From Deltaproteobacteria bacterium (GTDB lineage Bacteria > Desulfobacterota > DSM-4660 > Desulfatiglandales > B25-G16), in contig CP070704.1 of the NCBI GenBank assembly GCA_020349945.1, positions 409,407-473,406 on the forward strand: a stretch of DNA of 64,000 bases, written 5' to 3'. Under the pieces are notes generated by a model that was not told the origin of the DNA, did not search any database, and saw only the letters and a program-made list of their open reading frames with translations. This document shows, piece after piece, positions 1-9,465 of the stretch (within the stretch, counting starts at the first letter, position 1; each line of letters begins with the position of its first letter). Made by a program: the position numbers and the translations under genes.

Positions 1-795
1 TAGCTTAATGCAGTTTTCAGCCCACACAGGATTATCCTTGCGGGAGTCCGCGATGATCTTGAAAATCCTTATCCTGTCATTGAATTCGTGTGCGGGAGCC
101 TTAAAACTGGTGACAGTGGGAATCCAGGTAATCCCCCGAGTAATTCCCCCATACATGTTGGGCAGGTAGCAGATTACGTAGTTGATGGCTACGGTAACAT
201 CTTCAATGATTTTCTTACCCCCCTGAACATACTCCATCTTTAGCCTGCCAGCCTCTGCGCGAACCTCAAACTGAAATTGAAACGGGGATATTTGACCGAA
301 GAGGTTCAGCTGAAGTTGCGTTAAATCCCTGGTCTGCTGTGCTAGTTGTGGAAGATTTTGGGTCTCAACTACCTTGAGGTTTGAGACATCCGAGCAGAAC
401 CGGGGGATAAAGAAATCCTTTAAAAATTGAATGGCTCCCAGAGGTTGCTGTATTCCCACGCCTAGCTGGGAGTAGGATAATTGCATGCTCGGATCCTGAG
501 ACCAGAATAAGTTCATGTGAGGGAATTGCCTCAGCACCGAGCCACCATCCGGGCTGGCAATGGTAAATGCGATGCTGGCCTCAGGTGGCATTTTGTTATA
601 ATTCCATGACACGCCCCCCTTGAAATGCCACCCCTTTGGCACCAGCAACCGCAACGCCTCATACCCAAAACCCTTATCATCGATGACGACGTGCTTGTTC
701 AAGGTGAGCGTCTGATATTCAGTGGCTGCCGCGATCCCTGCCAAGCAGGTGATTCCGAATAAAAGGACAAGGGCCGAACGTATGAACTTCACCAT
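1..795 (-). CDS. secreted hypothetical protein (3' end cut by window edge)
   Basis: Not in ORF track. I translated the minus strand from the ATG at 795 (GGAGG RBS at 802-806) to position 1 and found 265 codons without a stop. N-terminus MVKFIRSALVLLFGITCLAGIAAA looks like a signal peptide. Confidence 0.6.
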   Translation of the reverse strand, partial: MVKFIRSALVLLFGITCLAGIAAATEYQTLTLNKHVVIDDKGFGYEALRLLVPKGWHFKGGVSWNYNKMPPEASIAFTIASPDGGSVLRQFPHMNLFWSQDPSMQLSYSQLGVGIQQPLGAIQFLKDFFIPRFCSDVSNLKVVETQNLPQLAQQTRDLTQLQLNLFGQISPFQFQFEVRAEAGRLKMEYVQGGKKIIEDVTVAINYVICYLPNMYGGITRGITWIPTVTSFKAPAHEFNDRIRIFKIIADSRKDNPVWAENCIKL

Positions 796-968
796 AATGG
801 GCCTCCTCTCCATAAAGAGTCTCCATCTATGCCTTTGCCGAGGATGATACATGATTTGGGCAGACAGGGTCAATATAAAAGGGATCAGATCCCTTTCCTT
901 GTTTCCGAGGAGTTCGCTTATTGAATTGTTGAATGATAGTCCTTTTCGCGCAGGTATATGGTTACTGG

Positions 969-1277
969 CTACCTGACTCGGTAGGTTGGCTGTTGAAGGT
1001 GGCTGCCTTTGCATCGAGGGCAGCGGCCTGGGCGGGTGAGGCGTTTTCTGTCCTCGAACACATACCCGCACATGAGACATCGGGAGGGTTGCAGGATGAG
1101 CCTTTTGCTCTGGGCAGCCGTTGATCGTGCAACGTGGAAGAGGTGATCGTAGACCTCCTTTTCCCTGATACCTATTGCCTGGGAGAGCTCCCTGGCGCTC
1201 ATCTCGTCTTCGCTCAAGAGATCGACGATCTGCTGACGGATTGTCCTCGCCCTATTCCGATGCGTATCGTGCCTCAT
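969..1277 (-). CDS. HTH transcriptional regulator fused to C-terminal zinc ribbon (COG3357-like)
   Basis: 102 aa. Winged-helix-like N-terminal half (ARELSQAIGIREKEVYDHLFHV) followed by CLMCG...CPRCK. Confidence 0.6.
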   Translation of the reverse strand: MRHDTHRNRARTIRQQIVDLLSEDEMSARELSQAIGIREKEVYDHLFHVARSTAAQSKRLILQPSRCLMCGYVFEDRKRLTRPGRCPRCKGSHLQQPTYRVR

Positions 1278-1565
1278 GTGAGAGATTGCTGGTTTTAAGG
1301 GTGAATGCGTTTGCTGCTAGAGGGATTTCAATGGTATCGTACTGAGGTAGGTAGTGTAGGCAATACAGGTAAAAATGGCAAGGTGATTTCAATTCTCTCA
1401 AAAGAGCGGGGTCGGGGCTAAAAAGGGTGAGGGGTCAGTGCCACCATCAATTTCCCTTGACTCGGGCGGGCTTTTATCGTGTCATTATTTATAGGTATCA
1501 GGTATCCTGGTTCTGAAAGGAGGAATTTTTTCAACTCCTTTAATCCTAAGGAAAGGAGGAAAACC

Positions 1566-2012
1566 ATGCTTAAAGAGTTCAAGGAGTTCGCCATGAGGGG
1601 CAACGTGGTTGACATGGCTGTTGGAATCATAATAGGTGCAGCCTTTGGTACTATCGTCAAGTCCCTGGTCTCAGACGTTATTATGCCGCCTGTTGGTTTG
1701 CTTTTGGGCAATGTGGATTTCACCAACCTTTTCGTAGTCTTGAAACAGGGATCGGTGGCCGGACCGTTTGCCTTGCTTGCGGACGCTCAGAAGGCGGGCG
1801 CGGTCACGATCAACTACGGTGTTTTCTTCAATACCGTTATTAGTTTCATCATTATAGCCTTTGTGGTGTTTCTCTTGATCCGCTATATCAACAAACTGAA
1901 ACGAGGAGCAGAGGCCCCCCCAGCAGAACCCACTACCAAAGAATGCCCGCACTGTCTGTCGTCAATACCTATCAGGGCAACACGATGCGCCTACTGCACA
2001 GCAGAGCTGTGA
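1566..2012 (+). CDS. mscL: large-conductance mechanosensitive channel MscL
   Basis: [28 protein letters not shown]...VSDVIMPP is the canonical MscL N-terminus. AGGAGG RBS upstream of the internal ATG at 1566. C-terminal CPHC...CAYC tail. Confidence 0.9.
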   Translation: MLKEFKEFAMRGNVVDMAVGIIIGAAFGTIVKSLVSDVIMPPVGLLLGNVDFTNLFVVLKQGSVAGPFALLADAQKAGAVTINYGVFFNTVISFIIIAFVVFLLIRYINKLKRGAEAPPAEPTTKECPHCLSSIPIRATRCAYCTAEL

Positions 2013-2495
2013 TAAGTAAGGGGTTTCTTTTCCCCGGAGCAATACCTCGAAGAGAGGCAGAAATGGGCTGAGACATCGTGGCAGCCGCGCCGAAGGGCAC
2101 AGCGATACTTCGCCCTCACTATCTTATTTTTCATTGCAGCCCTGTCTGCACGGCTCCCGATCCTCTGGCTGATCGCTGCGATTGTTTTTCTGGCTGCAGC
2201 GAGTATGAACTTCTAATTATTAAGAAGCCAGGTGTCTTCCCTGTACCTTCTAGGAAAAAGGAGCAAAGCCCAACCCTTGTGAGGATGATGTTGACCGGTT
2301 GGCTGGCATGCGGATTGTTGTTGTTCGGGCTATGGTTTTTACGCGTGGAGACATCTGCTCTTCCCCTGGTAGTGTGGGGACTCTCGGGTTTATTACAGTA
2401 TTGCCTAAGGTTGGCATGAAGCCAGATGGTTAAAGCTGGCGCTTTGCCCGCTGCTTATGGGGCACGTTAGACAGAGATGGAGGTTATGGAGGTAA

Positions 2496-2909
2496 ATGAT
2501 GAAAGCAGGTTTATGGATAGATCACAAAAAGGCCGTAATTGTTACCATACAAGGTGATCAGGTATCGAAAAAAGTAATACGATCAGACATCGAAAAACGA
2601 GTAAGACATTCTGGGGGTGCCAGATCATCAACTCCCTATGGTCCTCAAGACATTGCCTCGGAAAAGAAGAGAGACGAAAGATATGATCATCATCTTAAGG
2701 TTTATCATCGAAATATAGTAGATAGTATTAGAAAAGCCGAATCGATCTATATTTTTGGACCTGGAGAGGGAAAGGTGGAATTGAAAAAACACATAGAAAA
2801 AACGGCTGCTTTATCCAAGAACATCGCCGGGGTTGAGACCTCGGATAAATTGTCTGATGCGCAGATAGTCTCAAAGGTAAAAAGATTCTTCAGGTTTAAA
2901 GAATCATGA
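2496..2909 (+). CDS. hypothetical protein (possible host-attachment/eRF1-fold-like)
   Basis: 137-aa ORF with GGAGGT RBS. The motif pattern WIDHKKAVIV ... IYIFGPGEGKVELKKHI only loosely resembles the host-attachment/baeRF family. Confidence 0.5.
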   Translation: MMKAGLWIDHKKAVIVTIQGDQVSKKVIRSDIEKRVRHSGGARSSTPYGPQDIASEKKRDERYDHHLKVYHRNIVDSIRKAESIYIFGPGEGKVELKKHIEKTAALSKNIAGVETSDKLSDAQIVSKVKRFFRFKES

Positions 2910-3009
2910 TGAACCCTGTTATTCCGGAAAAAATCACCTCTTGTCTTTCATTCATATGGCCCAATTAAAAGGATACGTTGGGGCCTGAGCCTTCAGAAAT
3001 AGTACCCCG

Positions 3010-3579
3010 ATGCATAAAAGCCCAAAAGAACCGGAAAATACGATCCGTGAGCAATTTAGAAGGCATTTAAAAGAAACGCTTGCCTCGGAAGGTCAAAAGA
3101 GATGGAGCTTATCGGTAGATCTCGCTTCGGAACATGGTTATCACCCCGAGGAGAGGTACTCTTATAGGGACGGGAAAAATTACTTAATGAAGATAGGTGG
3201 AGCTATTATCTACTTAGAAAATATAAGCCACCAGGCATATGGAGAGATCAGGGAGCTGCTTGAAAGAAAAGATCAATTAAGAACAAGCGCTTCATTAATA
3301 GGAAACGCGCTCACCGTTGGGAGCAGCACCTTAGGTGGAGCATTGTTAGGTTACCTGCTAATACAAGTGGGGCTACATCCTCTGGTGTTGGTTCCGGCAA
3401 TAATAATCCCTCCAAGCCTGTGCATATACGATATGTTGAAGCAGGGCACAAAAGAGGCCGATAAACTAGCACAGATAGAAAAATCTCTGGAAAGGTTTAA
3501 AGAGAATATTTTCTACGACGATGCCGCGATAGGAAGACTTAATAGCAGGATTTACAGGAAAGTTCTCTCGGGTCATTAA
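3010..3579 (+). CDS. hypothetical membrane protein
   Basis: 189-aa ORF with a hydrophobic stretch (LGGALLGYLLIQVGLHPLVLVPAIIIPPSL). No recognisable family. Confidence 0.5.
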   Translation: MHKSPKEPENTIREQFRRHLKETLASEGQKRWSLSVDLASEHGYHPEERYSYRDGKNYLMKIGGAIIYLENISHQAYGEIRELLERKDQLRTSASLIGNALTVGSSTLGGALLGYLLIQVGLHPLVLVPAIIIPPSLCIYDMLKQGTKEADKLAQIEKSLERFKENIFYDDAAIGRLNSRIYRKVLSGH

Positions 3580-3601
3580 TTTTGGAAAGGAGGAATCGGA
3601 T

Positions 3602-3634
3602 GGGGGGTCAAATCCTTATTTTTGACCAATTCAG
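3602..3634 (+). repeat. M1 repeat copy a
   Basis: GGGGGGTCAAATCCTTATTTTTGACCAATTCAG. Stem GGTCAAA/TTTGACC. Starts 22 nt after the stop at 3579. Confidence 0.85.
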
Positions 3635-3814
3635 AGGTGAAGAATGAAAAGTGCAGTGATACTGACGGCGCTGTTGTGGAAAAGGACGGCCTCGTTAAAG
3701 GCAGAATCAATATCAAGGGCAAAATTTAAGAAGAATTGGGAGTAAAGAAGAGGGTAGGGGAAGACAGTTGTCCTGAACCGATGATAGTAAGCCAAAGCAC
3801 GAAGGGAGATTATC
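3635..3814 (+). repeat. decayed sORF plus M2 module
   Basis: Aligns to both ends of 6855-7125 with an internal deletion and a frame change. GAATTGGGAGTAAAGAAGAGGGTAGGGG...CACGAAGGGAG matches 11775-11845. Confidence 0.7.
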
Positions 3815-4348
3815 ATGAAAATTCTTGCGCTCATTGGTAGCCCCAGAAAAGGGAGCAACACGGATACGTTAGTTGACCAAACTTTGAAAGGTTCTGAGGT
3901 TAGTGGTCATACATACGAAAAGATCTATCTTTACAATTACGATATCGCTCCATGCATTGACTGCCGTAAGTGTAAGCAAGGAGATTATGTTTGTGTTATC
4001 AACGATGGCATGCAGGAAATTTATCCGAAAATGGATGGGGCGGATGTAATTATTTTCGGTACTCCAAATTATTGGTATGGGCCTACCGCAAAGATGAAGC
4101 TTCTTATTGATAGAATGCGTCCATATGTGGCAAACGGGAAGCTCAAAGGCAAAAAGGCAGTTGTTATAACCCCTGCTGCTGAGGGACCACATGCATGTGG
4201 TCCTCTTATGGAAATGTTTCGCATGTGTTTCAAGTATCTGGAAATGGAATTTGCAGGCAAGATTTCGGCTGCGGCATATGAGAGGGGAGAAGTCAAGAAT
4301 GACCAAAAAGCACTGAGAAATGCTTATGGTCTGGGGGCTGCTCTGTAG
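3815..4348 (+). CDS. iron-sulfur flavoprotein (NADPH-dependent FMN reductase/flavodoxin-like fold)
   Basis: MKILALIGSPRKGSNT start. Compact CX2CX2CX6C motif (CIDCRKCKQGDYVC). IIFGTPNYW motif. Confidence 0.8.
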   Translation: MKILALIGSPRKGSNTDTLVDQTLKGSEVSGHTYEKIYLYNYDIAPCIDCRKCKQGDYVCVINDGMQEIYPKMDGADVIIFGTPNYWYGPTAKMKLLIDRMRPYVANGKLKGKKAVVITPAAEGPHACGPLMEMFRMCFKYLEMEFAGKISAAAYERGEVKNDQKALRNAYGLGAAL

Positions 4349-4751
4349 GATTGATCATGCCTCGTTATCAGGGAATATTCAGAAGGCAATTGTCTCGATA
4401 AAGCAGGGCCCGGAATCTGAGGGGTGAGCAGTATTTATGAGATGGGAAGTTCACCCATTAAATGACGAGGCGAGAAAGCGTAATTTCAGGGGCGTCCCGG
4501 TTTACATATTTCAATCAATATTCGGTACGTTTCAACGTTACCCTGGAGTAAACATGAGCAGGTGAAGTCCGAAACCTTGAGATATGCTCCAACCCTGCTT
4601 TCACTCCTTGTCCCAAATATTTCTGTTGACTTTCTCCAAACAATTCGGTATCCATAAAATTCCTGCGTTTAAATGAGTTAGCCTAACAATCCAATCCTTA
4701 ACCTTTTGGAGATAGTCATGGAGGTAGGGTTCCAAAAGGTGCCGATACAAG

Positions 4752-4795
4752 GCCTCCAGAGAGGTTTTAGATCTCTTTGGAGGCTCCTTTGCTTT
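4752..4795 (+). terminator. orphan hairpin plus T-rich tail
   Basis: GCCTCCAGAGAG-9 nt-CTCTTTGGAGGC (12 bp, one G.T), followed by TCCTTTGCTTT. It lies ~400 nt from the nearest upstream stop. Confidence 0.35.
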
Positions 4796-4975
4796 AATCC
4801 TTGATAAGGGACAAACTATATACTACGGCATAAGAACTGATAAAGATATCATTCATGCTATTGAAATTTGTCCGGTGCTGGGTTGTTATTGTGGTGAAAG
4901 TCAGGGTGGAGATATCTCAAGTTGAGGGATCTATACCATTAAATTCCAATCAATAGCAATAAAAGGAGGGTTAAA

Positions 4976-5275
4976 ATGATAGGCATGGATTTCATCAGCT
5001 TTCTTATTTTGTTGATTATCAGTGTTGTTGTCTCCGGGATCTTACATTTCGCCTTTAAGTATTACATTGTACCGGGATGGGGGTCTTATTTCTCCAAAAT
5101 CCTGATCGGGTGGGTCGGTGCATGGTTAGGCTCCCCGGTATTTGGTCATTGGTGGGTGGGCTTAAATTATAAGGAAGTGTATATTGTCCCTGCAATTCTG
5201 GGTTCTTTGTTACTTCTGATCTTTGCAGTGGACTGTATTAAGACTTGTGCAACCACTTCCAAGGGTAAAGGGTAA
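4976..5275 (+). CDS. GlsB/YeaQ/YmgE-like small membrane protein
   Basis: 99 aa, AAAGGAGGG RBS, glycine-rich TM helices (ILIGWVGAWLGSPVFG). Confidence 0.55.
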   Translation: MIGMDFISFLILLIISVVVSGILHFAFKYYIVPGWGSYFSKILIGWVGAWLGSPVFGHWWVGLNYKEVYIVPAILGSLLLLIFAVDCIKTCATTSKGKG

Positions 5276-5370
5276 CTACCTGTGATCAATGGGTCGCGTC
5301 TGCACGTTTGGCAAAAAAGCTCATGAAAAAGTGCAGGTTTGACCCTGGGGGCGCATATCAGACACTCAGG

Positions 5371-5416
5371 AGGAGGCAGGGCCGCCGCGGCCCTGCCTCC
5401 TTATTGCCATTTTTCG
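5371..5416 (+). terminator. rho-independent terminator
   Basis: Near-perfect 15-bp GC-rich palindrome AGGAGGCAGGGCCGC/GCGGCCCTGCCTCCT, followed by TATTGCCATTTTT. Confidence 0.7.
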
Positions 5417-5523
5417 GTCAGGCATCCGCTGTGAGTCCTGGATTCTATTGACTACGAATCTCCGTGAAGAGAACTTCTGGCACCCAATTGGGGTATAAGG
5501 AAGGTTTCTTGCAGGAGGTAAGG

Positions 5524-6819
5524 ATGGTAGTTTTTATTAGCGACTTGCATTTTGTAGATGGTAGTGCAGGTGAGCACAATGTGCCTGTAGATGCCTTCAG
5601 GATATTTTTCGAAGACATATCAGGCACGGTTAACTGGTTAGTCAAAAAGGGGCGGGAGGTTAAGGAGATTAAAATTGTCTTTTTGGGCGATGTGTTTGAT
5701 CTATTAAGAACAGAGAAGTGGTTTGATTACCATGTAAATGAAAGGCCATGGGGAAATGATGAGGCAAAGATTGAGGCCCATGCCAATCATATCTTTGACG
5801 CGATCATCAAGAAGAACAAGAGAACCTTTGACTTGTTGAAGAGTAATTTGAAAGACGAGTTTGGTCTTCCTGCTGAGCCCGATAGGATCTATGTCCCGGG
5901 AAACCATGATCGGATCTGCAACAAATATAAGAGTCTGAGAGACAAGGCGTGTCAATCGCTTGGACTCCCACCTCGTACTGCCCCCTTTGAGCACCACTTT
6001 TTTGATGTAGATTATGGTGTCCATGCCCGCCACGGGCATGAATATGACAAATTCAACTATGAGGGGAGCACCTCTTACCAGTACGAAGACTATATGAGGA
6101 TGCCTATCGGTGACCCGATTACTACCGAGCTCGTGGCAAAACTGCCCTGGAAGATTATGGGTAAACCAGAGATCAAGAAACTGCCCAAAACACAGCGAAA
6201 AGCCTTAGAGAGAAACCTCCAGGAGATCGAAAACGTGAGACCATTCTCAGCTATCCTGGAATGGCTCCTTTATCAGGTAAAAAAGAACCCTTCTTTAAAA
6301 GAAGTCATTGAGGATGCGGTAGATGAGATTATAAAGGAGTTTAACAAATTACAGTTTATCGGCAAATGGTATGAACACCACGATAAATGGTCTGATTTCT
6401 GGGATGAGGCAGACAAAATACAGTCTGTGCTCTTCTTGCTTGAAAAATTTAAGGTCTTTCCCTCTGAAAAGCTCATGCCCCTTTTAGAAAGAGTGAAAAA
6501 TCGTTTTGCCAGGGATGATCTTTTGGAGGCTGCCACAGATGAATATTCATATTTAGACAATCGCATAAGATATGTGGTCTATGGACATACTCATGTGCCT
6601 GTTCAGGTGCCGCTGCGAACTGTTGAAGACCCTGCTGGTTCAAAAGAGCATATGTATTTAAATACAGGTACCTGGCGTACCGGATACTACAAATGCAAGG
6701 AAGGTTTGGGTTTCACTGGTTGGAAAAATCTCACCTACCTGGTCTTTTATAGAAAAGAGGAAAGAAAACTGGATTTCCCCACCTTTGAGACCTGGACAGG
6801 CACATTAAAAACGGTTTAG
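5524..6819 (+). CDS. calcineurin-like metallophosphoesterase with large helical insertion
   Basis: Motifs ISDLHF, FLGDVFD, PGNHDR, RHGHEYD and YGHTHVP. Start moved to the ATG at 5524 behind a GGAGGT RBS. Confidence 0.8.
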   Translation: MVVFISDLHFVDGSAGEHNVPVDAFRIFFEDISGTVNWLVKKGREVKEIKIVFLGDVFDLLRTEKWFDYHVNERPWGNDEAKIEAHANHIFDAIIKKNKRTFDLLKSNLKDEFGLPAEPDRIYVPGNHDRICNKYKSLRDKACQSLGLPPRTAPFEHHFFDVDYGVHARHGHEYDKFNYEGSTSYQYEDYMRMPIGDPITTELVAKLPWKIMGKPEIKKLPKTQRKALERNLQEIENVRPFSAILEWLLYQVKKNPSLKEVIEDAVDEIIKEFNKLQFIGKWYEHHDKWSDFWDEADKIQSVLFLLEKFKVFPSEKLMPLLERVKNRFARDDLLEAATDEYSYLDNRIRYVVYGHTHVPVQVPLRTVEDPAGSKEHMYLNTGTWRTGYYKCKEGLGFTGWKNLTYLVFYRKEERKLDFPTFETWTGTLKTV

Positions 6820-6823
6820 GAGA

Positions 6824-6854
6824 GGGCTCGAATCCTTATTTTTGACAAATTCAG
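6824..6854 (+). repeat. M1 repeat copy b
   Basis: GGGCTCGAATCCTTATTTTTGACAAATTCAG. Starts 4 nt after the stop at 6819. Followed by the intact sORF. Confidence 0.85.
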
Positions 6855-6863
6855 GGGTGAAGG

Positions 6864-7112
6864 ATGAAAGGTCTAGTGATAGTGGTGACGTTTCTGGTAA
6901 TGACCCTGTTTGAGGGTGCTGTTCTGGAGAAGGACTACCTCAGCAAAGGCAGGATCAATAATAAAAGCAAAACCGGTGAGCTGAAGGGATGGATGAAAAG
7001 GGACACACTTCAGCTTGACAGGGTGAACGTCTATGACAAGTATGGGAACATGAAGGGTTATTTAGTGAGGGATACCCTGAATCCCGATGCCTGGTTTTTT
7101 AAAGAGAATTGA
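6864..7112 (+). CDS. small secreted protein; the only intact copy of the repeat-associated sORF
   Basis: 82 aa with a signal-like N-terminus. Internal repeat KGWMKRDTLQLD / KGYLVRDTLNPD. Its 5' and 3' ends recur as decayed fragments at 3643-3760 and 11727-11783. Confidence 0.5.
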   Translation: MKGLVIVVTFLVMTLFEGAVLEKDYLSKGRINNKSKTGELKGWMKRDTLQLDRVNVYDKYGNMKGYLVRDTLNPDAWFFKEN

Positions 7113-7422
7113 GAAAGGGAGGGGTCGTTACACCAAGTTTCCGGTACATTCGAACAATCGTAGATCGCGGATCTGAATTCTTCTCTGCTTCACTCAAAGA
7201 TGGTTTTCATAAGATTATCTTCAGGCGTGGATTACACCGCAGTTCACCTTCAGAGGGAAAATAGCGAAAAACCTCAGGATTGGTAACAAAACCTTCCAGA
7301 AAGAGGGGGCTATTCTAAACGGCCTGAATACCTCAGGGCGGAATCATTCGAGCTCCTCTTAAATCATCCGGCTTACCTGGAAATATCAGGAGCAACGTGA
7401 CCATAAGTAAAGGATCAGAGTC

Positions 7423-8409
7423 ATGATCAACAAATACCGCGGCTGCTTGTTGGGGCTTGCAATCGGTGACGCATTGGGGGCGCCTGTTGAGTTTCTGAAA
7501 TTAGGGGAAATAAAGAGGCGTTACGGTAAAGATGGAATCAGGGAGTTTAGGCAATGGGGATCCCTCAGGCCCGGGTCCTATACAGATGATACCCAGATGT
7601 CACTGGCCCCCGCGGTTGGTTGTATAAGGGCCTGTCAGAGATGGAAAGAAACGGGAGTTTGTGATCCTGCATCACTTGTGTACCAGCGCTATCTGGAGTG
7701 GCTTGAATCCCAGAATGATCCATACCAGAGAAGGGCTCCGGGCAGTACATGTTTAAATGCGTTAAGAAATGGCCACATGGGAACGGTTGAAAAGGGAATC
7801 AATGACAGCAAAGGGTGCGGTGGAGTAATGCGCACTGCTCCCGTCGGTTTAGCCTTCCCACCCGGGAAAGCATTCCAGCAAGGTGCAGAATGCGCAGCCA
7901 TAACTCATGGACACCCCTGTGGATACTTATCAGCCGGGTTCCTCTCTGAAATGATATCCCGCATAAGTGAAGGGGCAACGCTCGAGAAGGCAATAAATGC
8001 GAGTATTGAGCTTTTGGCCACATATGACGGCCATAGGGAGACGCTCGAGAAGATTGAACTTGCCCGTTCCCTGTCCACTAGCAGCACCTCAGTCGAGGAA
8101 TGCATTCAAGCCATCGGGGAGGGATGGGTGGGGGAGGAGGCATTGGGCATTTCCCTCTATTGCTCCTTAAAATTCTCTGATAACTGGGAAGAAGGGGTAC
8201 TGAGCGCTATCAATCATTCGGGAGATAGTGACTCTACAGGGTCAATTACCGGTGCGATACTGGGGACCCTACTCGGTATCGGATCAATCCCAGACCGATG
8301 GGTCAAGGATGTAGAAGAATCAGAGAAGATCCAGAAGATAGCTCATGATATGTTCAGGATATTCAAAAAAGGAGAAGACCTTTCTCGCGATGAGTATCCA
8401 CCCTATTGA
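7423..8409 (+). CDS. ADP-ribosylglycohydrolase family protein (DraG/ARH-like)
   Basis: GCLLGLAIGDALGAPVEF, YTDDTQM and HSGDSDSTGSITGAILG are family hallmarks. Confidence 0.85.
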   Translation: MINKYRGCLLGLAIGDALGAPVEFLKLGEIKRRYGKDGIREFRQWGSLRPGSYTDDTQMSLAPAVGCIRACQRWKETGVCDPASLVYQRYLEWLESQNDPYQRRAPGSTCLNALRNGHMGTVEKGINDSKGCGGVMRTAPVGLAFPPGKAFQQGAECAAITHGHPCGYLSAGFLSEMISRISEGATLEKAINASIELLATYDGHRETLEKIELARSLSTSSTSVEECIQAIGEGWVGEEALGISLYCSLKFSDNWEEGVLSAINHSGDSDSTGSITGAILGTLLGIGSIPDRWVKDVEESEKIQKIAHDMFRIFKKGEDLSRDEYPPY

Positions 8410-8418
8410 CTGTAGGCT

Positions 8419-8444
8419 GGGGGTCTCTTTATTTTTGACAAATT
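8419..8444 (+). repeat. M1 repeat copy c
   Basis: GGGGGTCTCTTTATTTTTGACAAATT. Starts 9 nt after the stop at 8409. Confidence 0.75.
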
Positions 8445-8486
8445 GGTCTATAAAGGTAAATCCGTAGTACAAGGGGGCTTTGAAAC

Positions 8487-8717
8487 ATGAAATACCCGAG
8501 TGGGCATCAATTCTTCATGGCAGTGCTGATTTTACTTACTGCCCTGGGGATAACGAGCGGGTGCGATAGCGGCGAAAAGATGGTAGATGAGGTTACCGGG
8601 AACCGGGCTGTCAAACAGTACCATAAATCGAAAAAAGATATCGAAAAGATAACCGAGCAACAGGCTGAACGATATGAGGGCATCCCGGATGATGAAAGGG
8701 AAGATGAGAAACAGTAA
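8487..8717 (+). CDS. small lipoprotein
   Basis: 76 aa with lipobox-like LGITSGC after a hydrophobic N-terminus. Confidence 0.55.
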   Translation: MKYPSGHQFFMAVLILLTALGITSGCDSGEKMVDEVTGNRAVKQYHKSKKDIEKITEQQAERYEGIPDDEREDEKQ

Positions 8718-8741
8718 GGAAGTAGGATGGGGCGGAGCACT

Positions 8742-8905
8742 CATGAATTGTTGAAACTGCAGTCAGTGAAGACCAGGGTCAAACCTCGATCTATTGAAAA
8801 TTGGCCTGATACCTGATGCTGATAGGCTGAGATGCAAGGGAATTCTGCAAAAAAGATAAAGCCACTGGGCTATACAGGAATTCTCCTGCATGGTAATTGC
8901 AAGGC
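8742..8905 (+). repeat. M2/M3 composite copy
   Basis: CATGAATTGTTGAAACT (also at 14769). CCTGATGCTG..CAAGGGAATTCTGCA. Hairpin CTATACAGGA-ATTC-TCCTGCATGG at 8870-8893. Confidence 0.75.
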
Positions 8906-9045
8906 AAGGAATCTTTTTTGTCCGCCTTTTTTGGCAGATTTAACAATGAGCTAGTGCACTACAGAGAAGCTTTGGATCCATTTCCACACATAGTGAACGA
9001 AGTGAACAAGAGGCGAAAGGTATATGGATTGGTATATATCTGTGG

Positions 9046-9465
9046 TCAATCTGCGATCTTAAATTCGAGATTGGTCATGTCGCCTCTCTTGAATCCCATG
9101 GCATCAAAAAACTGAAGAAGAGTCCAGTCCCGCCAGTTTACAAGGGGGTAGACGGAATCAACACCTACCTTTTTCATATAGTTAAGCATCTCCTCGGTTA
9201 ACATTCGAGCTACACCCTTCCTCTGATAAGCTGGATCAACCCCTATGGTGTCTATCCAGCCGATATTTTCTGGCACACCATATTCCCATCCACTTGCGTC
9301 CCCAAGAATAAAACCGACAACCTTGCCCTCCATTTCCGCTACAAGAGACGGGAGTGGTGATCTTTTTCCTGTCATCTCAACCTTTCCCTCCCAGTATTCT
9401 GGCCTCCTTTCTCCAAGAACCAAGTTGTCAATCTCGATGATCCTCTCAAGATCATGTTCCCTCAT
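9046..9465 (-). CDS. GNAT family N-acetyltransferase
   Basis: VDPAYQRKGVARML acetyl-CoA motif. The frame stays open upstream (…NIPVIRA-MREHDL) with no canonical start, so the true start is uncertain (see findings). Confidence 0.75.
   Translation of the reverse strand: MREHDLERIIEIDNLVLGERRPEYWEGKVEMTGKRSPLPSLVAEMEGKVVGFILGDASGWEYGVPENIGWIDTIGVDPAYQRKGVARMLTEEMLNYMKKVGVDSVYPLVNWRDWTLLQFFDAMGFKRGDMTNLEFKIAD

Noticed and set aside
2013-2419. An in-frame hydrophobic reading frame continuing straight after the mscL TGA-TAA double stop (...YFALTILFFIAALSARLPILWLIAAIVFLAAASMNF), plus the 113-aa track ORF at 2078-2419.
   Set aside because: Two consecutive stop codons make readthrough implausible. 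The continuing frame has no start codon. The 113-aa ORF has no RBS or family similarity. At most a 44-aa membrane peptide (2285-2419) could be real, and that is unsupported.
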